The notes under the pieces were generated by a model. That model ran no database searches. It worked only from the letters and a program-made list of their open reading frames with translations, and was not told the origin of the DNA. From contig OZ244252.1 in assembly GCA_965217185.1 (NCBI GenBank), positions 1,632,001-1,696,000 on the forward strand: a stretch of 64,000 nucleotides of DNA, given 5' to 3'. Positions 9,901 to 19,630 of this stretch are shown here, in pieces (position 1 is the first letter of the stretch; each line of letters opens with the position of its first letter). The DNA is from an uncultured Candidatus Entotheonella sp. Lineage in GTDB: Bacteria; Tectomicrobia; Entotheonellia; Entotheonellales; Entotheonellaceae. The translations under genes were made by a program, and so were the position numbers.

Positions 9901-12349
9901 GGCGGACCTCACCCATGCCGAGCTCGGCCAGCAGTCCGGCCACAAGGTGGACGGCTCGCTGTCCGAGCCCGAGCCGGTGGAGCCGGTGGAGCCGCCAGAG
10001 GTGACGCTGCATCTGAGCGACGCGGACGGTGAGGTCGGCGAGGACGCGGGCGCCGTCACGGTAACGGCGACGGTGTCGCCGGCCTCGGCGACCGCCTTCA
10101 CGGTAACGGTATCGGCGAGGCCGGTGGCCCCGGCGACGGACGACGACTTCGAGCTGAGCACGAACCGGGCGCTGAGCTTCGCCGCGAACGCGACCGCGAG
10201 CAGCGGGACGGTGACGATCGCGCCGGTCGACGACGGCGACCCCGAGTCGAACCAGGTGGTGACGGTGTCCGGCTCGGCGTCCATCGAGGGCGTGACGGGC
10301 CCCGACGACGTGACCCTGACCATTCTCGACAACGACCTGGTCCGCATCGCTGGCATCTGCAACCGCACGCCGCGCGTCCGCGACCGCATCCTGGAGCTGC
10401 TGATGTACCGGCACAGCTTCCAGGGCCGCTGCGGCGACGTGAACGAGACGCATCTGGCGCAGCTGGTGTCGCTCGACCTGGGCCGCAACCCGAGCACGGA
10501 GTCGGCGTTCAGGATGAGCCTGCGGAGCTACGACTTCGAGGGACTGGTGAACCTCGAGCGGCTGTACCTGAGGGACACCGGGCTTCGCTCGCTGCCGGCC
10601 GGGGTATTCTCCGGGCTGGCGGCGCTGGTAACGCTGGAGCTGGACAGCAACCAGCTTCGCTCGCTACCGGCCGGGGTGTTCTCTGACCTGCAATCTCTGG
10701 AGACACTGGAACTACACAGGAACCCGCAGTTGAGCTCGCTGCCCTACGACGAGTTCGAGGCGCTGCCGAATCTGACGAAGCTGCTGGTGGACCCGGAGGG
10801 CCGCAGAGGGTACCAGATGGCGGGCGGCGAGGGCGACGTGACCTTGGAGGTCGCGGCGGGGGGCCGGACGACGTATCAGGTGCGCCTGACGCACACGCCG
10901 GCCTACGTCGGGACGGCAAGCCTGCCGACGTTGACGGTGAGTTCGGACACGACCGGGGTGACCGCGACCCCGGCGACGCTGCGGTTCACCAAGGAGAACT
11001 GGTTCCGGCGCCAGACGGTGACGGTGAACGCCCCGGCATCGGCGGCCGGCGAGACGGCGACGCTGAGCCACACGTCCACCGGGGTGACGTATGACCGGCC
11101 GATCCCGACGGTGACGGTGCGGGTGCTGGGGAGCGCCCCCGGCCGCACGGCCGATCCGCTGACGGCGGCGTTCGAGGGGGTGCCGGCGCGGCACGACGGG
11201 GAGACCGCGTTCAGCTTCCGCATCGCGTTCAGCGAGGCGGTCGCGGTGACGCCGGAGGCCATGCGCACGCACGTCCTGACGGTGGAAGGCGGCGCGGTGA
11301 CCGGCGCGGCCCGCGTCGACGGGGACACCGGCGTGTGGGCGATCACGGTCACGCCGGCCACCCGCGAGGAGCTGTCGATCGCTCTGGCCCCGGCGGCGGA
11401 TTGCGCGGCGGACGGCGCGGTCTGCACATCGGACGGTCGAGCCCTGTCGAACGGGACGGCGGCCATCGTGATCGGCCCGGGTCCCGAGACCCAGACGCAG
11501 CCGGACCTGACGGCGGCGTTCGAGGGGGTGCCGGCGGCGCATGACGGCGAGGCCGCGCCGGCGGCGCTGACGGCGAGTTTCGTGCAGGCGCCGGCGGAGC
11601 ATGGCGGGAAGACGGCGTTCAAACTCAGGATCGCGTTCAGCGAGGACATCTCGATCAGCTACCGGACGTTCCGCGACCAGTCGTTTTCCGTGTCCGGCGG
11701 GAGCGTGACCAGGGCGAAGCGGGTGGACCGGCGCAGGGACCTGTGGAAGGTGACGGTCAAGCCGGGTTCGCTTGGCGACGTGACGGTGACGCTCGCCGGG
11801 GGCCGCGCCTGCGGCACGCCGGGGGCGGTGTGCACCGGCGACGGGCGGGCGCTGTCGGCGACGATGTCGACGACGGTGCTGGGTCCGGCGACCGCGCGGC
11901 GCCTCACCGGTACCGCAGACGACGACACGCTGAGCGGGCAAGCGGGTGATGACGTGCTGCTCGGCAACGGCGGCGACGACACCCTGTACGGCGGGGGCGG
12001 CGGCGACACCCTGTACGGCGGCGACGACGACGACACGCTCTACGGCGGCGGCGGCAACGACGTGCTCTACGGCGACAGCGGCGCGGACAGCCTGACGGGC
12101 GGTACGGGCGCCGATACGTTCGTGTTCACCGCCGGTGACGGCACCGACACGATCACCGACTTCTTCCCCGAGGAGGGCGACCGCATCGACCTGAGCGCCT
12201 TCGCGGGCCTTAAGGGTTTCGCGTCGCTGAAGCTGACGGCGGACGGCAGCGCGACGATCCTGGACTTGCGCGCCTATGGCGGCGGCACGGTGCGGCTGGA
12301 GGGCATCGCGGTGGCGGACCTGTTGGCGGCGGACTTTCTGTGGCCGTAG
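6926..12349 (+). CDS. Large secreted multidomain surface protein/adhesin (2x cadherin-like+FN3, 2x Ig-like, Calx-beta-like, LRR, Ig-like, RTX Ca-binding repeats)
   Basis: N-terminal signal peptide (ALLALVGGLALPATTQAQA); NNAPVF..REVPEN..DADTGD..YNYE cadherin motifs; FN3 (VSWTEP..ITGY..TITGL..EYQVQV.A.N); LRR (LERLYL..GLRSLPAGVFSGL); C-terminal GGGGDDTLYGG repeats and DRIDLS..ADFLW tail. Confidence 0.9.
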   Translation: MRTLAAVALLALVGGLALPATTQAQAPGVLVSNMGQASGGRGNNINDTWLAAQGFSVPSGGGNYTLTSIEILVSQDISSTNIGSLSVSVWSADSSGRPDSSLHTLTNPASVTADVAASFTAPASATLEAGNTYVVLVDYDLTGNRNWLSTNANSEDATSTAGWTIANTGLYRSRTATSWTVPLFAFFLQVNGTASNNAPVFADATATREVPENSAADTAVGAPVTADDADTGDTLEYSLGGTDASSFEIDSDTGQIKTVSSGTYNYEAAQNSYSATVTASDGTDTDSIVVTINLTDVDEQPDKPDKPTVTAVSGSSTSLDVSWTEPGLNGGPAITGYELRYETRASPTDQWTPVGDWPHTGTTTTTTITGLTATTEYQVQVTALNGEIQSAYSDPSDVVSTNAGSNAPVFADATATREVPENSAADTAVGAPVTADDADGDTLEYTLGGTDASSFDIDSGTGQIKTVSSGTYNYEAAQNSYSVTVTASDGTDNDSIVVTINLTDVDEQPDKPAKPTVTAVSGSSTSLDVSWTEPGLNGGPEITGYEVRYRSRPSAPDAWSRSVDWPHTGTTTTTTITGLTANTEHQVQVAALNGEIPSAYSNNSDVVSTNAETLTAPTITEVAVTSTPQATSDTYGAGETIEVTVTFDQTVNATTGTDFVLSVAGRKRAPLSSGSGTTTLVFGYTVQTGDSDDDGIWIGDQDRTLVGNRNGDPQNGTITSVDTATAADLTHSALGVLSGHKVDGSSGTPPPTTCTLSTGDLWCGVVTVGTYSNGVGFTDSEGALTDNTGDQTITIGSANYMISSVVILASPAGALVMGLDTRFPTDDETTLVFHIGSSTFEVSEATFDTGVGGYIWQDSGLSWSVDDTVDLRLRRATAPTIDAPTIDDVAVTSTPAATDTYGAGETIEVTVTFSEAVTATTGTDFVLSVGGAKRAPLLRGSGTATLVFGYTVLAADADDNGIWIGDQDRTLVGNRNGDPQNGTITSVDTGTAADLTHAELGQQSGHKVDGSLSEPEPVEPVEPPEVTLHLSDADGEVGEDAGAVTVTATVSPASATAFTVTVSARPVAPATDDDFELSTNRALSFAANATASSGTVTIAPVDDGDPESNQVVTVSGSASIEGVTGPDDVTLTILDNDLVRIAGICNRTPRVRDRILELLMYRHSFQGRCGDVNETHLAQLVSLDLGRNPSTESAFRMSLRSYDFEGLVNLERLYLRDTGLRSLPAGVFSGLAALVTLELDSNQLRSLPAGVFSDLQSLETLELHRNPQLSSLPYDEFEALPNLTKLLVDPEGRRGYQMAGGEGDVTLEVAAGGRTTYQVRLTHTPAYVGTASLPTLTVSSDTTGVTATPATLRFTKENWFRRQTVTVNAPASAAGETATLSHTSTGVTYDRPIPTVTVRVLGSAPGRTADPLTAAFEGVPARHDGETAFSFRIAFSEAVAVTPEAMRTHVLTVEGGAVTGAARVDGDTGVWAITVTPATREELSIALAPAADCAADGAVCTSDGRALSNGTAAIVIGPGPETQTQPDLTAAFEGVPAAHDGEAAPAALTASFVQAPAEHGGKTAFKLRIAFSEDISISYRTFRDQSFSVSGGSVTRAKRVDRRRDLWKVTVKPGSLGDVTVTLAGGRACGTPGAVCTGDGRALSATMSTTVLGPATARRLTGTADDDTLSGQAGDDVLLGNGGDDTLYGGGGGDTLYGGDDDDTLYGGGGNDVLYGDSGADSLTGGTGADTFVFTAGDGTDTITDFFPEEGDRIDLSAFAGLKGFASLKLTADGSATILDLRAYGGGTVRLEGIAVADLLAADFLWP
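7511..8758 (+). repeat. Tandem internal duplication of the cadherin-FN3 module (~7511-8133 and ~8138-8758)
   Basis: Near-identical DNA over ~620 bp, diverging mainly in one FN3 loop (YELRYETRASPTDQWTPVG vs YEVRYRSRPSAPDAWSRSV). Confidence 0.9.
8771..9956 (+). repeat. Dispersed internal duplication of an Ig-like module (~8771-9157 and ~9572-9956)
   Basis: APTI..VAVTSTP..DTYGAGETIEVTVTF..GIWIGDQDRTLVGNRNGDPQNG..GHKVDGS occurs twice. Confidence 0.85.
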
Positions 12350-12359
12350 GGCGTTGCTC

Positions 12360-12670
12360 CGGTGCCGGCGCACGGCCTGCCCCCGTTCAAGCCGGGGGCA
12401 GGCCGTGCGCCGGAATGACCGCTTGGGGCGTTGGACGGTGCGGCACAGGTGCTCTGCGCGTCGCAACGTCGGGTTACGCCTGCGGCTAACCCGACCTACA
12501 TCTTGGCAACTTGTCAGCCCATCTTGAGGCGTCTGTTCCAACAGTTGCCGCCCAGAACGCCATCGTCCGCAGGCATAGGTCCCGCCTGCACGTCAAGCCC
12601 GGCATCCATCGGCAGCCAGCGGATTCCCGCCCCCGATCGGAGCCAAGGGCAGGCTCCGCGCGGCAATGAC
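12360..12670. repeat. Cluster of REP-like palindromes
   Basis: GCGCACGGCCTGCCCC..GGGGCAGGCCGTGCGC; GTAG-type REP GTAGGTCGGGTTAGCCGCAGGCGTAACCCGAC on minus strand (12468-12499); GGATTCCCGC..GGCAATGAC-type element. Confidence 0.7.
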
Positions 12671-13139
12671 CCTTTGGGGCACGCCACGCCAATTCTCCAA
12701 AGCCGCGTAACATCAGTTAAGACCTTGACAAAGAAACGATTGATTCGTCACCACTGCATTCAGGAAAGGAGCGTTTCTCAGTTATGACTCGCCGACTCCT
12801 TGCGGCGGCGGTGTCTTGCCACCGCGACCCCCCAACGCCCCCACCTTGCCGCGCATAATGCTCCCGACAACCCCGAAAATATCTTTTTGCGATAAGATGC
12901 GCTCAAGTAAACGTTGTCGAGATCGGGAGGTCATCACCTCATGAGCAACGAAACGTCACACCGCGCCTCGGGGGCAGACTGCACGGAAACTGCTCTAAAT
13001 CCGGCCGCATGGGAGTACGACGGGGCGTTGCCGCCATGGAACGGCTGCGGCACGGATGCATGAATTCGCGGCCAGCAACTATTCCCGGCATATCCTGGCC
13101 GTCGAAGTCGGGGAAGCAACAGAAGGGGGAAAACACACT

Positions 13140-14120
13140 ATGGATGCGACGGCGCTGCACCGAGACGCGGTCGTTTTCGACGGGCTGATCGTGGCCAACT
13201 GGAGCCGCGAGGTGTTCGAAGACATGCGCCGCGGCGGCTTGACGGCGGCGAACTGCACGTGCTGTATATGGGAAGGCTTCGCCGACACGATGAAGAACGT
13301 CGCCCGTTGGAACGCCTGGTTCCGGGAGCACGACGACGTCATCCTCAAGGTTCGCACCCCTGCCGACATTGGCCGGGCGAAGGCCGAGGGCAAGACCGGA
13401 ATCGTCCTCGGATTCCAGAACGTCTCCGCCTTCGAGGACCAGCTCGGCTACATCCAGCACTTCAAGGACGTCGGCGTTGGCGTCGCCCAGTTGGCCTACA
13501 ACACGCAGAACCTCATCGCCACCGGGTGCTATGAATCAGAGGACCGGGGGCTGAGCGACTTTGGGCGCGAAGTCGTGGCGGAGATGAATCGGGTGGGCAT
13601 TTTGTGCGACCTGAGCCACGTCGGCTCGAAATCATCCAGAGACACGATCCTCGCGTCGGACAAACCCGTCGCCTACACCCATTGCCTGCCGTCGGGGCTC
13701 AAGGAGCACCCGCGCAACAAGTCGGACGACGAGTTCCGGTTCATCGCCGATCACGGCGGCTTCATCGGCGTCACGATGTTCCCCCCGTTCCTGAGGCGTG
13801 GCATCGAGTCCACGGTGGACGACTACGTGCAGGCCATCGATTACGTGGTCAACGTCGCGGGCGAGGACAGCGTCGGCATCGGCACCGACTTCACCCAGGG
13901 CTACGGGCGGGAATTCTTTCACTGGATCACCCACGACAAGGGCTACGCCCGGCGGCTCACGGAGTTCGGCGAGATCGTCAACCCGGAAGGCATCCGGACC
14001 ATCGGCGAGCTCCCGAACCTGACCGCCGCGATGGTTCGGCAGGGTTGGCCGGAGGCGCGAATCCGGAAAATCATGGGCGAAAACTGGCTGGCACTGCTCG
14101 CCCGGGTGTGGGGCGCGTAG
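13140..14120 (+). CDS. Membrane/renal dipeptidase (peptidase M19) family protein
   Basis: QLAYN..N, EMNRVGILCDLSHVG, HPRNKSD, GIGTDF, KIMGENW motifs; ATG 13140 after GAAGGGG RBS. Confidence 0.9.
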   Translation: MDATALHRDAVVFDGLIVANWSREVFEDMRRGGLTAANCTCCIWEGFADTMKNVARWNAWFREHDDVILKVRTPADIGRAKAEGKTGIVLGFQNVSAFEDQLGYIQHFKDVGVGVAQLAYNTQNLIATGCYESEDRGLSDFGREVVAEMNRVGILCDLSHVGSKSSRDTILASDKPVAYTHCLPSGLKEHPRNKSDDEFRFIADHGGFIGVTMFPPFLRRGIESTVDDYVQAIDYVVNVAGEDSVGIGTDFTQGYGREFFHWITHDKGYARRLTEFGEIVNPEGIRTIGELPNLTAAMVRQGWPEARIRKIMGENWLALLARVWGA

Positions 14121-14197
14121 GCCGCAAGGCCGCACCGGAAGTCTCCGGCAAGGAGCGGTCTCTCCGCTCTGGAAATATGTTCTGAGAAGGAATCTAA
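13852..14197 (+). repeat. Direct repeat copy 1 (dipeptidase 3' end + IS630 end); copy 2 at 25487-25991
   Basis: ACGTCGCGGGCGAGGACAGCGTCGGCATC...CAAGGAGCGG matches 25487-25793 with scattered substitutions; TCTCTCC.CTCTGGAAATATGTTCTGAGA.GGAATCTAA matches 25954-25991. Confidence 0.9.
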
Positions 14198-14315
14198 TTC
14201 ACAGGACAGTGTTATGCTGGTTATTTCAACGACGGATGGGGCGGAACCCTTCCAGTTCCAACTGTTCCCTGTGTGGATTTGATCACGCCCTCATTTGCAG
14301 AAAGGATTCCACGTC

Positions 14316-16367
14316 ATGTGCAAGGTACGGCTCACGCGGAAGCAGTACGGCGTCCTGGGTTGCCTCCTCATAACACTCGTTGCACTGGCACTTGGTGGCG
14401 GGGTGACGCGACAGGCATCGGCACAGGGCGGGGGTACGCTGATGGGCCGGCTGGAGGGGCCGCGGGTCATCACGGACCGGGAGCAGTTTCCCAAACGGTT
14501 TCACGAGGCGCCGGCTCTGGCGGACCTGGTGCAGCAAGGCGAGCTGCCGCCGGTGCAGGAACGCATCGGTTCAGATCCCCTGGTGATCGAACCGGTGCGG
14601 GAGATCGGCAACTACGGCGGTATCTGGCGGCGCGGTTTCAGTGGACCCGCCGACTTCTGGAACGGTTACCGTTGTTGTGGGCACGACAAGATCCTGTTTT
14701 GGGACTATACCGGGAATATCGTGGTGCCGAATGTCGCCAAAGGGTGGGAGATCTCGGAGGGCGGACGTGTCTTCACCATCTTTCTGCGCCGTGGCATGAG
14801 GTGGTCTGACGGCCGTCCTTTCACGGCGGACGACTTCATGTTCTGGTACGAAGATATCTACGGAAACGACGAGCTGGTTCCGACGAAAACACCCATTCTG
14901 GCCATTGATGACAAACCGGGCAGGATGGAGAAGGTAGACGATAGCACCATCCGGTTTGTCTTCCCCCAGCCCTACTACGTCTTCCTCGATATGCTGGCAG
15001 GTGCGACGGCGCTTGGCGGCCACAGCTACCAGGGACGCAGCCTCATGGGCGGCTTTGCTCCCAAACATTATCTGCAGCAGTTTCACCCCAGGTACGTCGG
15101 GCAGGAAGCGGTTGACCAATTGGTCAAAGCCGCCGGGTACGATAACTGGGCCAGTTTCATGAGATTCATCAATGATTGGTCCCTCAACCCGGACTTACCG
15201 ACCGTGACCGCCTGGCAGACCACCCGTCCGATCAACACCCCTACTTGGGTGCTCAAACGCAACCCCTATTTCTACATGGTGGACACCGCCGGTAACCAGC
15301 TTCCCTATATCGACAAGGTGGTCCTGTCGCTGGCAGAGAATCTCGAAGTCCTCAACCTGCGCGCCATGGCCGGCGAGTATGATTACCAGTCCCGGCATAT
15401 CGACATCAGTAAGCTGCCGGTCTTTCTGGATAATCAGCAGCGCGGCGATTATACCGTCTCCCTCGATCCGGCAGACAGTGGCTGCGACGCCTGTCTCTTC
15501 TTCAACCAGACCTATGATGCAGACCCGGAAATCGCCACTTGGCTGCAAAACCGTGACTTTCGTATTGCCTTGTCTCATGGGATTGAACGCGAGCAGTTGA
15601 ACGAGGCCTTCTGGCTGGGTCTCGGCACCTCCGGGTCACAAGTGCTGGCCGAATCGTCGCCGTATAATCCAGGGCCGGAGTACCGTACGATGCACTCGAC
15701 GTACGATCCGCAGCGGGCCAATCAGATGCTGGATGCCTTGGGACTGACTCGCAAGGACAGCCAGGGCTACCGCCTGCGGACGGATGGCAAGGGCCGCTTG
15801 CGCCTTGAAATGACCACTGTCGGGGGCCAGTTTTTGCAGTTCACGCAAATTTCGGAAATGATTCGGGAGCAATGGGGCAAAATCGGCATTCAGGCAGACG
15901 TCAATGAAATCGAACGGAGTCTGGCGATTACACGCGTGGGCGCCAATGAGCTTCAGATCCACCTGTGGCAGAACGACGGTACCGAACACCCCTTTACCTT
16001 CCCGGCGCATCTCTTTCCATTCACCCCCAGCGGCCTCGGCGGTTCCAACATCGGGCCCCTGTGGAGTCGCTGGTTCCGCACCAATGGGGTGCAAGGCCGA
16101 GAGCCTTCCGCCCCCATGAAAAAACTTATCGCGCTTTGGAAACAGGGATTTACAGTCCCTGATGCGCAGCGCGTCGAGATCGGCAAAGAAATTTGGCGTC
16201 TGGCTGTCGAGCAGCAATGGGCCCTCGGCACGGTCGGCCTCTCCCCGGCCGGCATGGGGGTGCGAATCGTCAGCAACCGCATGGGCAATTCTCCGGGTCG
16301 GCAATACAACAGCCCGGACGGCATGACGCCGGCGCCGTCGCGCCCCGAAACCTTTTTCTTCAAGTAG
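14316..16367 (+). CDS. ABC transporter substrate-binding protein, family 5 (peptide/nickel/oligosaccharide)
   Basis: Signal peptide; ELPPVQERI, LRRGMRWSDGRPFTADD, RNPYFY.VD..GNQLPYID motifs. Confidence 0.9.
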   Translation: MCKVRLTRKQYGVLGCLLITLVALALGGGVTRQASAQGGGTLMGRLEGPRVITDREQFPKRFHEAPALADLVQQGELPPVQERIGSDPLVIEPVREIGNYGGIWRRGFSGPADFWNGYRCCGHDKILFWDYTGNIVVPNVAKGWEISEGGRVFTIFLRRGMRWSDGRPFTADDFMFWYEDIYGNDELVPTKTPILAIDDKPGRMEKVDDSTIRFVFPQPYYVFLDMLAGATALGGHSYQGRSLMGGFAPKHYLQQFHPRYVGQEAVDQLVKAAGYDNWASFMRFINDWSLNPDLPTVTAWQTTRPINTPTWVLKRNPYFYMVDTAGNQLPYIDKVVLSLAENLEVLNLRAMAGEYDYQSRHIDISKLPVFLDNQQRGDYTVSLDPADSGCDACLFFNQTYDADPEIATWLQNRDFRIALSHGIEREQLNEAFWLGLGTSGSQVLAESSPYNPGPEYRTMHSTYDPQRANQMLDALGLTRKDSQGYRLRTDGKGRLRLEMTTVGGQFLQFTQISEMIREQWGKIGIQADVNEIERSLAITRVGANELQIHLWQNDGTEHPFTFPAHLFPFTPSGLGGSNIGPLWSRWFRTNGVQGREPSAPMKKLIALWKQGFTVPDAQRVEIGKEIWRLAVEQQWALGTVGLSPAGMGVRIVSNRMGNSPGRQYNSPDGMTPAPSRPETFFFK

Positions 16368-16378
16368 AGGCCCTTTCA

Positions 16379-17365
16379 ATGGCTGGTTACATCCTCCGCC
16401 GTTTGTTGGTTGCAATGGGCACGGTATGGGTGATCTCCGTGATCTCCTTCACCATTATTCAGCTGCCTCCAGGGGATTACGTCACGTCCTATATTGCCCA
16501 ATTGATGGCGACCGGAACGTTGGTGACGCAAGAGGAAGCTGAGAACCTGCGCATTCAGTACGGCCTGCACCAACCCATGTACGCCCAATACGCCAGATGG
16601 GTATGGCTCATGCTGCAGGGAAATTTTGGCGTGTCCATGGAATGGCAACGGCCGGTGCTGGAGGTGATCGGCGATCGTCTCCTGCTGACCGCTTTACTGG
16701 CCTTTGCGGCGGTCATTTTTACCTGGATCCTGGCCATCCCGATTGGCATCTACTCGGCGGTGCGGCAATACTCCATCGGGGATTACATTTTTACCTTCAT
16801 TGGCTTCATTGGCCTTGCGGTGCCGAGCTTCCTGCTGGCCTTGGTGGTGATGTACCTGACGTTTGCTTATTTCGGTGCCAGTATCGGTGGCCTGTTCTCG
16901 ACGGAATACCTCGACGCCCCATGGAGCCTGGCCCGTGTGTGGGATCTCTGCAAGCATTTGTGGGTTCCGGCGCTTATTCTTGGCACGGCCGGTACGGCCC
17001 AACTGGTGCGCATTCTGCGTGCCAATCTGCTGGACGAGTTGCGCAAACCCTATGTCGTGACGGCCCGCGCCAAAGGGCTTTCAGAGCTGAGAACGATCCT
17101 CAAGTACCCGGTACGGGTCGCCCTCAATCCGTTTATCAGCACGATTGGCTATACCCTGCCCTTTCTCGTCTCCGGCAGCATCATCGTCTCTATCGTGCTG
17201 AGTCTGCCGACTGTGGGGCCCCTGCTGCTCAAGGCCCTCATCGCCCAGGATATGTTTCTGGCTGGAACCATCGTCCTGTTGCTCGGGCTCATGACCGTCA
17301 TCGGCACTTTGATCTCCGACATTCTCCTGGTCTGGATCGATCCGCGCATTCGTTTGGAGGAGTAA
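16379..17365 (+). CDS. ABC transporter permease (DppB/OppB-like)
   Basis: YILRRLL, YVVTARAKGL (EAA loop), DPRIR C-terminus. Confidence 0.92.
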   Translation: MAGYILRRLLVAMGTVWVISVISFTIIQLPPGDYVTSYIAQLMATGTLVTQEEAENLRIQYGLHQPMYAQYARWVWLMLQGNFGVSMEWQRPVLEVIGDRLLLTALLAFAAVIFTWILAIPIGIYSAVRQYSIGDYIFTFIGFIGLAVPSFLLALVVMYLTFAYFGASIGGLFSTEYLDAPWSLARVWDLCKHLWVPALILGTAGTAQLVRILRANLLDELRKPYVVTARAKGLSELRTILKYPVRVALNPFISTIGYTLPFLVSGSIIVSIVLSLPTVGPLLLKALIAQDMFLAGTIVLLLGLMTVIGTLISDILLVWIDPRIRLEE

Positions 17366-17368
17366 CCG

Positions 17369-18523
17369 GTGGCCAAAAACGCCCTCGTACACAGCGTCGA
17401 AGAGCCCAGGGCGGCAGACGCGACAGACGCTGGTGAACGACTGTACGTGGCCTCGCAATGGCAGCTGATGTGGTGGCGATTTCGCAAACACCGCTTGGCC
17501 ATGGCGGCCGGGGCAGTCGTCGTGCTTTTCTATGTAATCGCCATTGGCGCCGATTTTGTGGCCACAACGGATCCCAATCTCTCCGATGCCCGGCGCTCGC
17601 TCATGCCGCCGCAACGTATCTACTGGTTCGAGGACTGGCGCTTCAGGCCGCATGTCTACGCGGTGACGGGCAAACGCGACCTCCGAACGTTCAAGCGTGT
17701 GTACACCACCGATCCGAGCAAAAAGATCCCGGTGCAGTTCTTCGCACGCGGTTTTTCATACACCTTCCTCGGTCTGTTCCCTACCGACCGTCATTTGCTG
17801 GGCGTCGGCGAGGGGTATGAAGCAGCCGAATCGCTGTTTATTCTCGGCACGGACGTGCAGGGACGCGACCTGTGGTCACGCCTCCTGTTTGCGACGCGTA
17901 TTTCCTTGTCCATTGGCCTCGTTGGCGTCGCGCTCAGCCTGTTTCTGGGGATCTTGCTTGGCGGTCTCTCTGGCTTTTACGGGGGCTTTGTGGACGGTCT
18001 CATCCAGCGCTTCATCGAGATCCTGCGCTCCATCCCGACCATCCCGCTGTGGATGGGTCTGGCTGCGGCGTTGCCACGCGACTGGTCCATCTTGCAGATT
18101 TACTTTGCCATTACCATCATCATCTCGCTGCTGGGCTGGACTGAACTGGCCCGCGTCGTGCGTGGACGTTTTCTGGCGCTGCGCGAGGAGGATTTTATTG
18201 TTTCTGCCCGCCTGGTTGGGTGCAGCCAGATGCGCATTATTTTCGTACACATGGTCCCGTCATTCCTGAGCCATATCATTGCCGCCACCACGCTCGCCCT
18301 ACCGGCCATGATTATCAGTGAGACCTCCTTAAGCTTTCTCGGATTGGGCTTGCGTCCCCCTGCCGTGAGTTGGGGTGTGTTGTTGCAGCAGGCCCAAAAC
18401 GTCCAGACGGTGGCGCTCTCCCCCTGGCTGATGCTGCCTGCCGTTCCGGTTATCATCGTGGTCCTGGCGTTCAACTTCCTCGGCGATGGGTTACGTGACG
18501 CCGCAGACCCGTACGGACAGTGA
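17369..18523 (+). CDS. ABC transporter permease (DppC/OppC-like)
   Basis: WWRFRKHRLA, LGTD..GRD, SLSFLGLG, FNFLGDGLRDAADP. Confidence 0.92.
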   Translation: MAKNALVHSVEEPRAADATDAGERLYVASQWQLMWWRFRKHRLAMAAGAVVVLFYVIAIGADFVATTDPNLSDARRSLMPPQRIYWFEDWRFRPHVYAVTGKRDLRTFKRVYTTDPSKKIPVQFFARGFSYTFLGLFPTDRHLLGVGEGYEAAESLFILGTDVQGRDLWSRLLFATRISLSIGLVGVALSLFLGILLGGLSGFYGGFVDGLIQRFIEILRSIPTIPLWMGLAAALPRDWSILQIYFAITIIISLLGWTELARVVRGRFLALREEDFIVSARLVGCSQMRIIFVHMVPSFLSHIIAATTLALPAMIISETSLSFLGLGLRPPAVSWGVLLQQAQNVQTVALSPWLMLPAVPVIIVVLAFNFLGDGLRDAADPYGQ

Positions 18524-18539
18524 AGGATGGGATAGTTTC

Positions 18540-19601
18540 ATGACGGATGATGCCAACACCCCTCTTGCCCTTCGTTCCTCTGGCCCTCCCCTTCTCTCCG
18601 TCCACAATCTACACACGTACTTCCCTCAGGAAGAAGGGACGGTCAAGGCCGTCGATGGCGTCAGCTTCGATCTCTACCCCGGCCGCACGCTCGGTATTGT
18701 GGGGGAAAGCGGCTGTGGAAAGAGCATGACGGCCAGGTCGATCTTGCGAATTGTTGACCGCCCCGGGCGTATTGTCGCCGGGGAGATCCGGTTTCGCCGC
18801 CGCAAAGTGTCGGCCACGTCGCCAGACGGCATGACCGACCTGACGCAACTCGATGCCAACAGCGATGACATGCGGGCGGTCCGCGGCGCCGAAATCGCCC
18901 TCGTCTTCCAAGAGCCGATGTCATCGTTCAGTCCCGTCCATACGATAGGCAATCAGATTGTCGAAGCCATCCTGTTGCACCAAAAGGTAAGCAAACGGCA
19001 GGCACGGGCACGCGCCATCGAGGTGTTCCGTGACGTTGGCATTCCCCTCCCAGAGCAGCGTCTCGACGCCTACGCGCATCAATTGAGCGGCGGCTTGCGT
19101 CAGCGCGCCATGATCGCCATGGCCCTGGTGTGCAACCCCAGCCTGCTGATCGCCGACGAGCCAACCACGGCGCTGGACGTCACAACCCAGGCGCAGATTC
19201 TGGATCTCTTGCGCCACCTGCAACAAGAATACGGTATGGCCATCATGCTCATTACCCATGACCTCGGGGTCATCGCTGAAATGGCGGATGACGTCGTGGT
19301 GATGTATCTCGGGCGCGTTGTCGAACACGCACCGGTGGACGAACTCTTCCACGCCCCCAAACATCCTTACACGCAAGCCCTGCTACGCTCGATTCCCCAT
19401 ATCCGCTCCCGCCCGCGTGAGCGCCTGGCATCTGTCGCCGGGTCCGTGCCGCATCCGTACAACCGCCCGACCGGGTGTCCGTTTCACCCACGCTGCGAGT
19501 CGTTCATGCCGGGTGTTTGTGACCAGCAGGCGCCAAGCCTGTTGCCAATCGGCGAGCAACATGACGTGAGTTGTGTGCTTTACCACGAGGAGCGCTCATA
19601 G
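18540..19601 (+). CDS. ABC transporter ATP-binding protein (DppD/OppD-like)
   Basis: [38 protein letters not shown]. Confidence 0.93.
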   Translation: MTDDANTPLALRSSGPPLLSVHNLHTYFPQEEGTVKAVDGVSFDLYPGRTLGIVGESGCGKSMTARSILRIVDRPGRIVAGEIRFRRRKVSATSPDGMTDLTQLDANSDDMRAVRGAEIALVFQEPMSSFSPVHTIGNQIVEAILLHQKVSKRQARARAIEVFRDVGIPLPEQRLDAYAHQLSGGLRQRAMIAMALVCNPSLLIADEPTTALDVTTQAQILDLLRHLQQEYGMAIMLITHDLGVIAEMADDVVVMYLGRVVEHAPVDELFHAPKHPYTQALLRSIPHIRSRPRERLASVAGSVPHPYNRPTGCPFHPRCESFMPGVCDQQAPSLLPIGEQHDVSCVLYHEERS

Positions 19602-19630
19602 TGCGTGTGCAGAACGTTGAGGAGGCGGAT

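Noticed and set aside
7411..12541. Long alternative-frame and antisense ORFs (569, 1003, 609 aa)
   Set aside because: Arg/Gly-rich shadows of the GC-rich adhesin gene with no recognisable motifs
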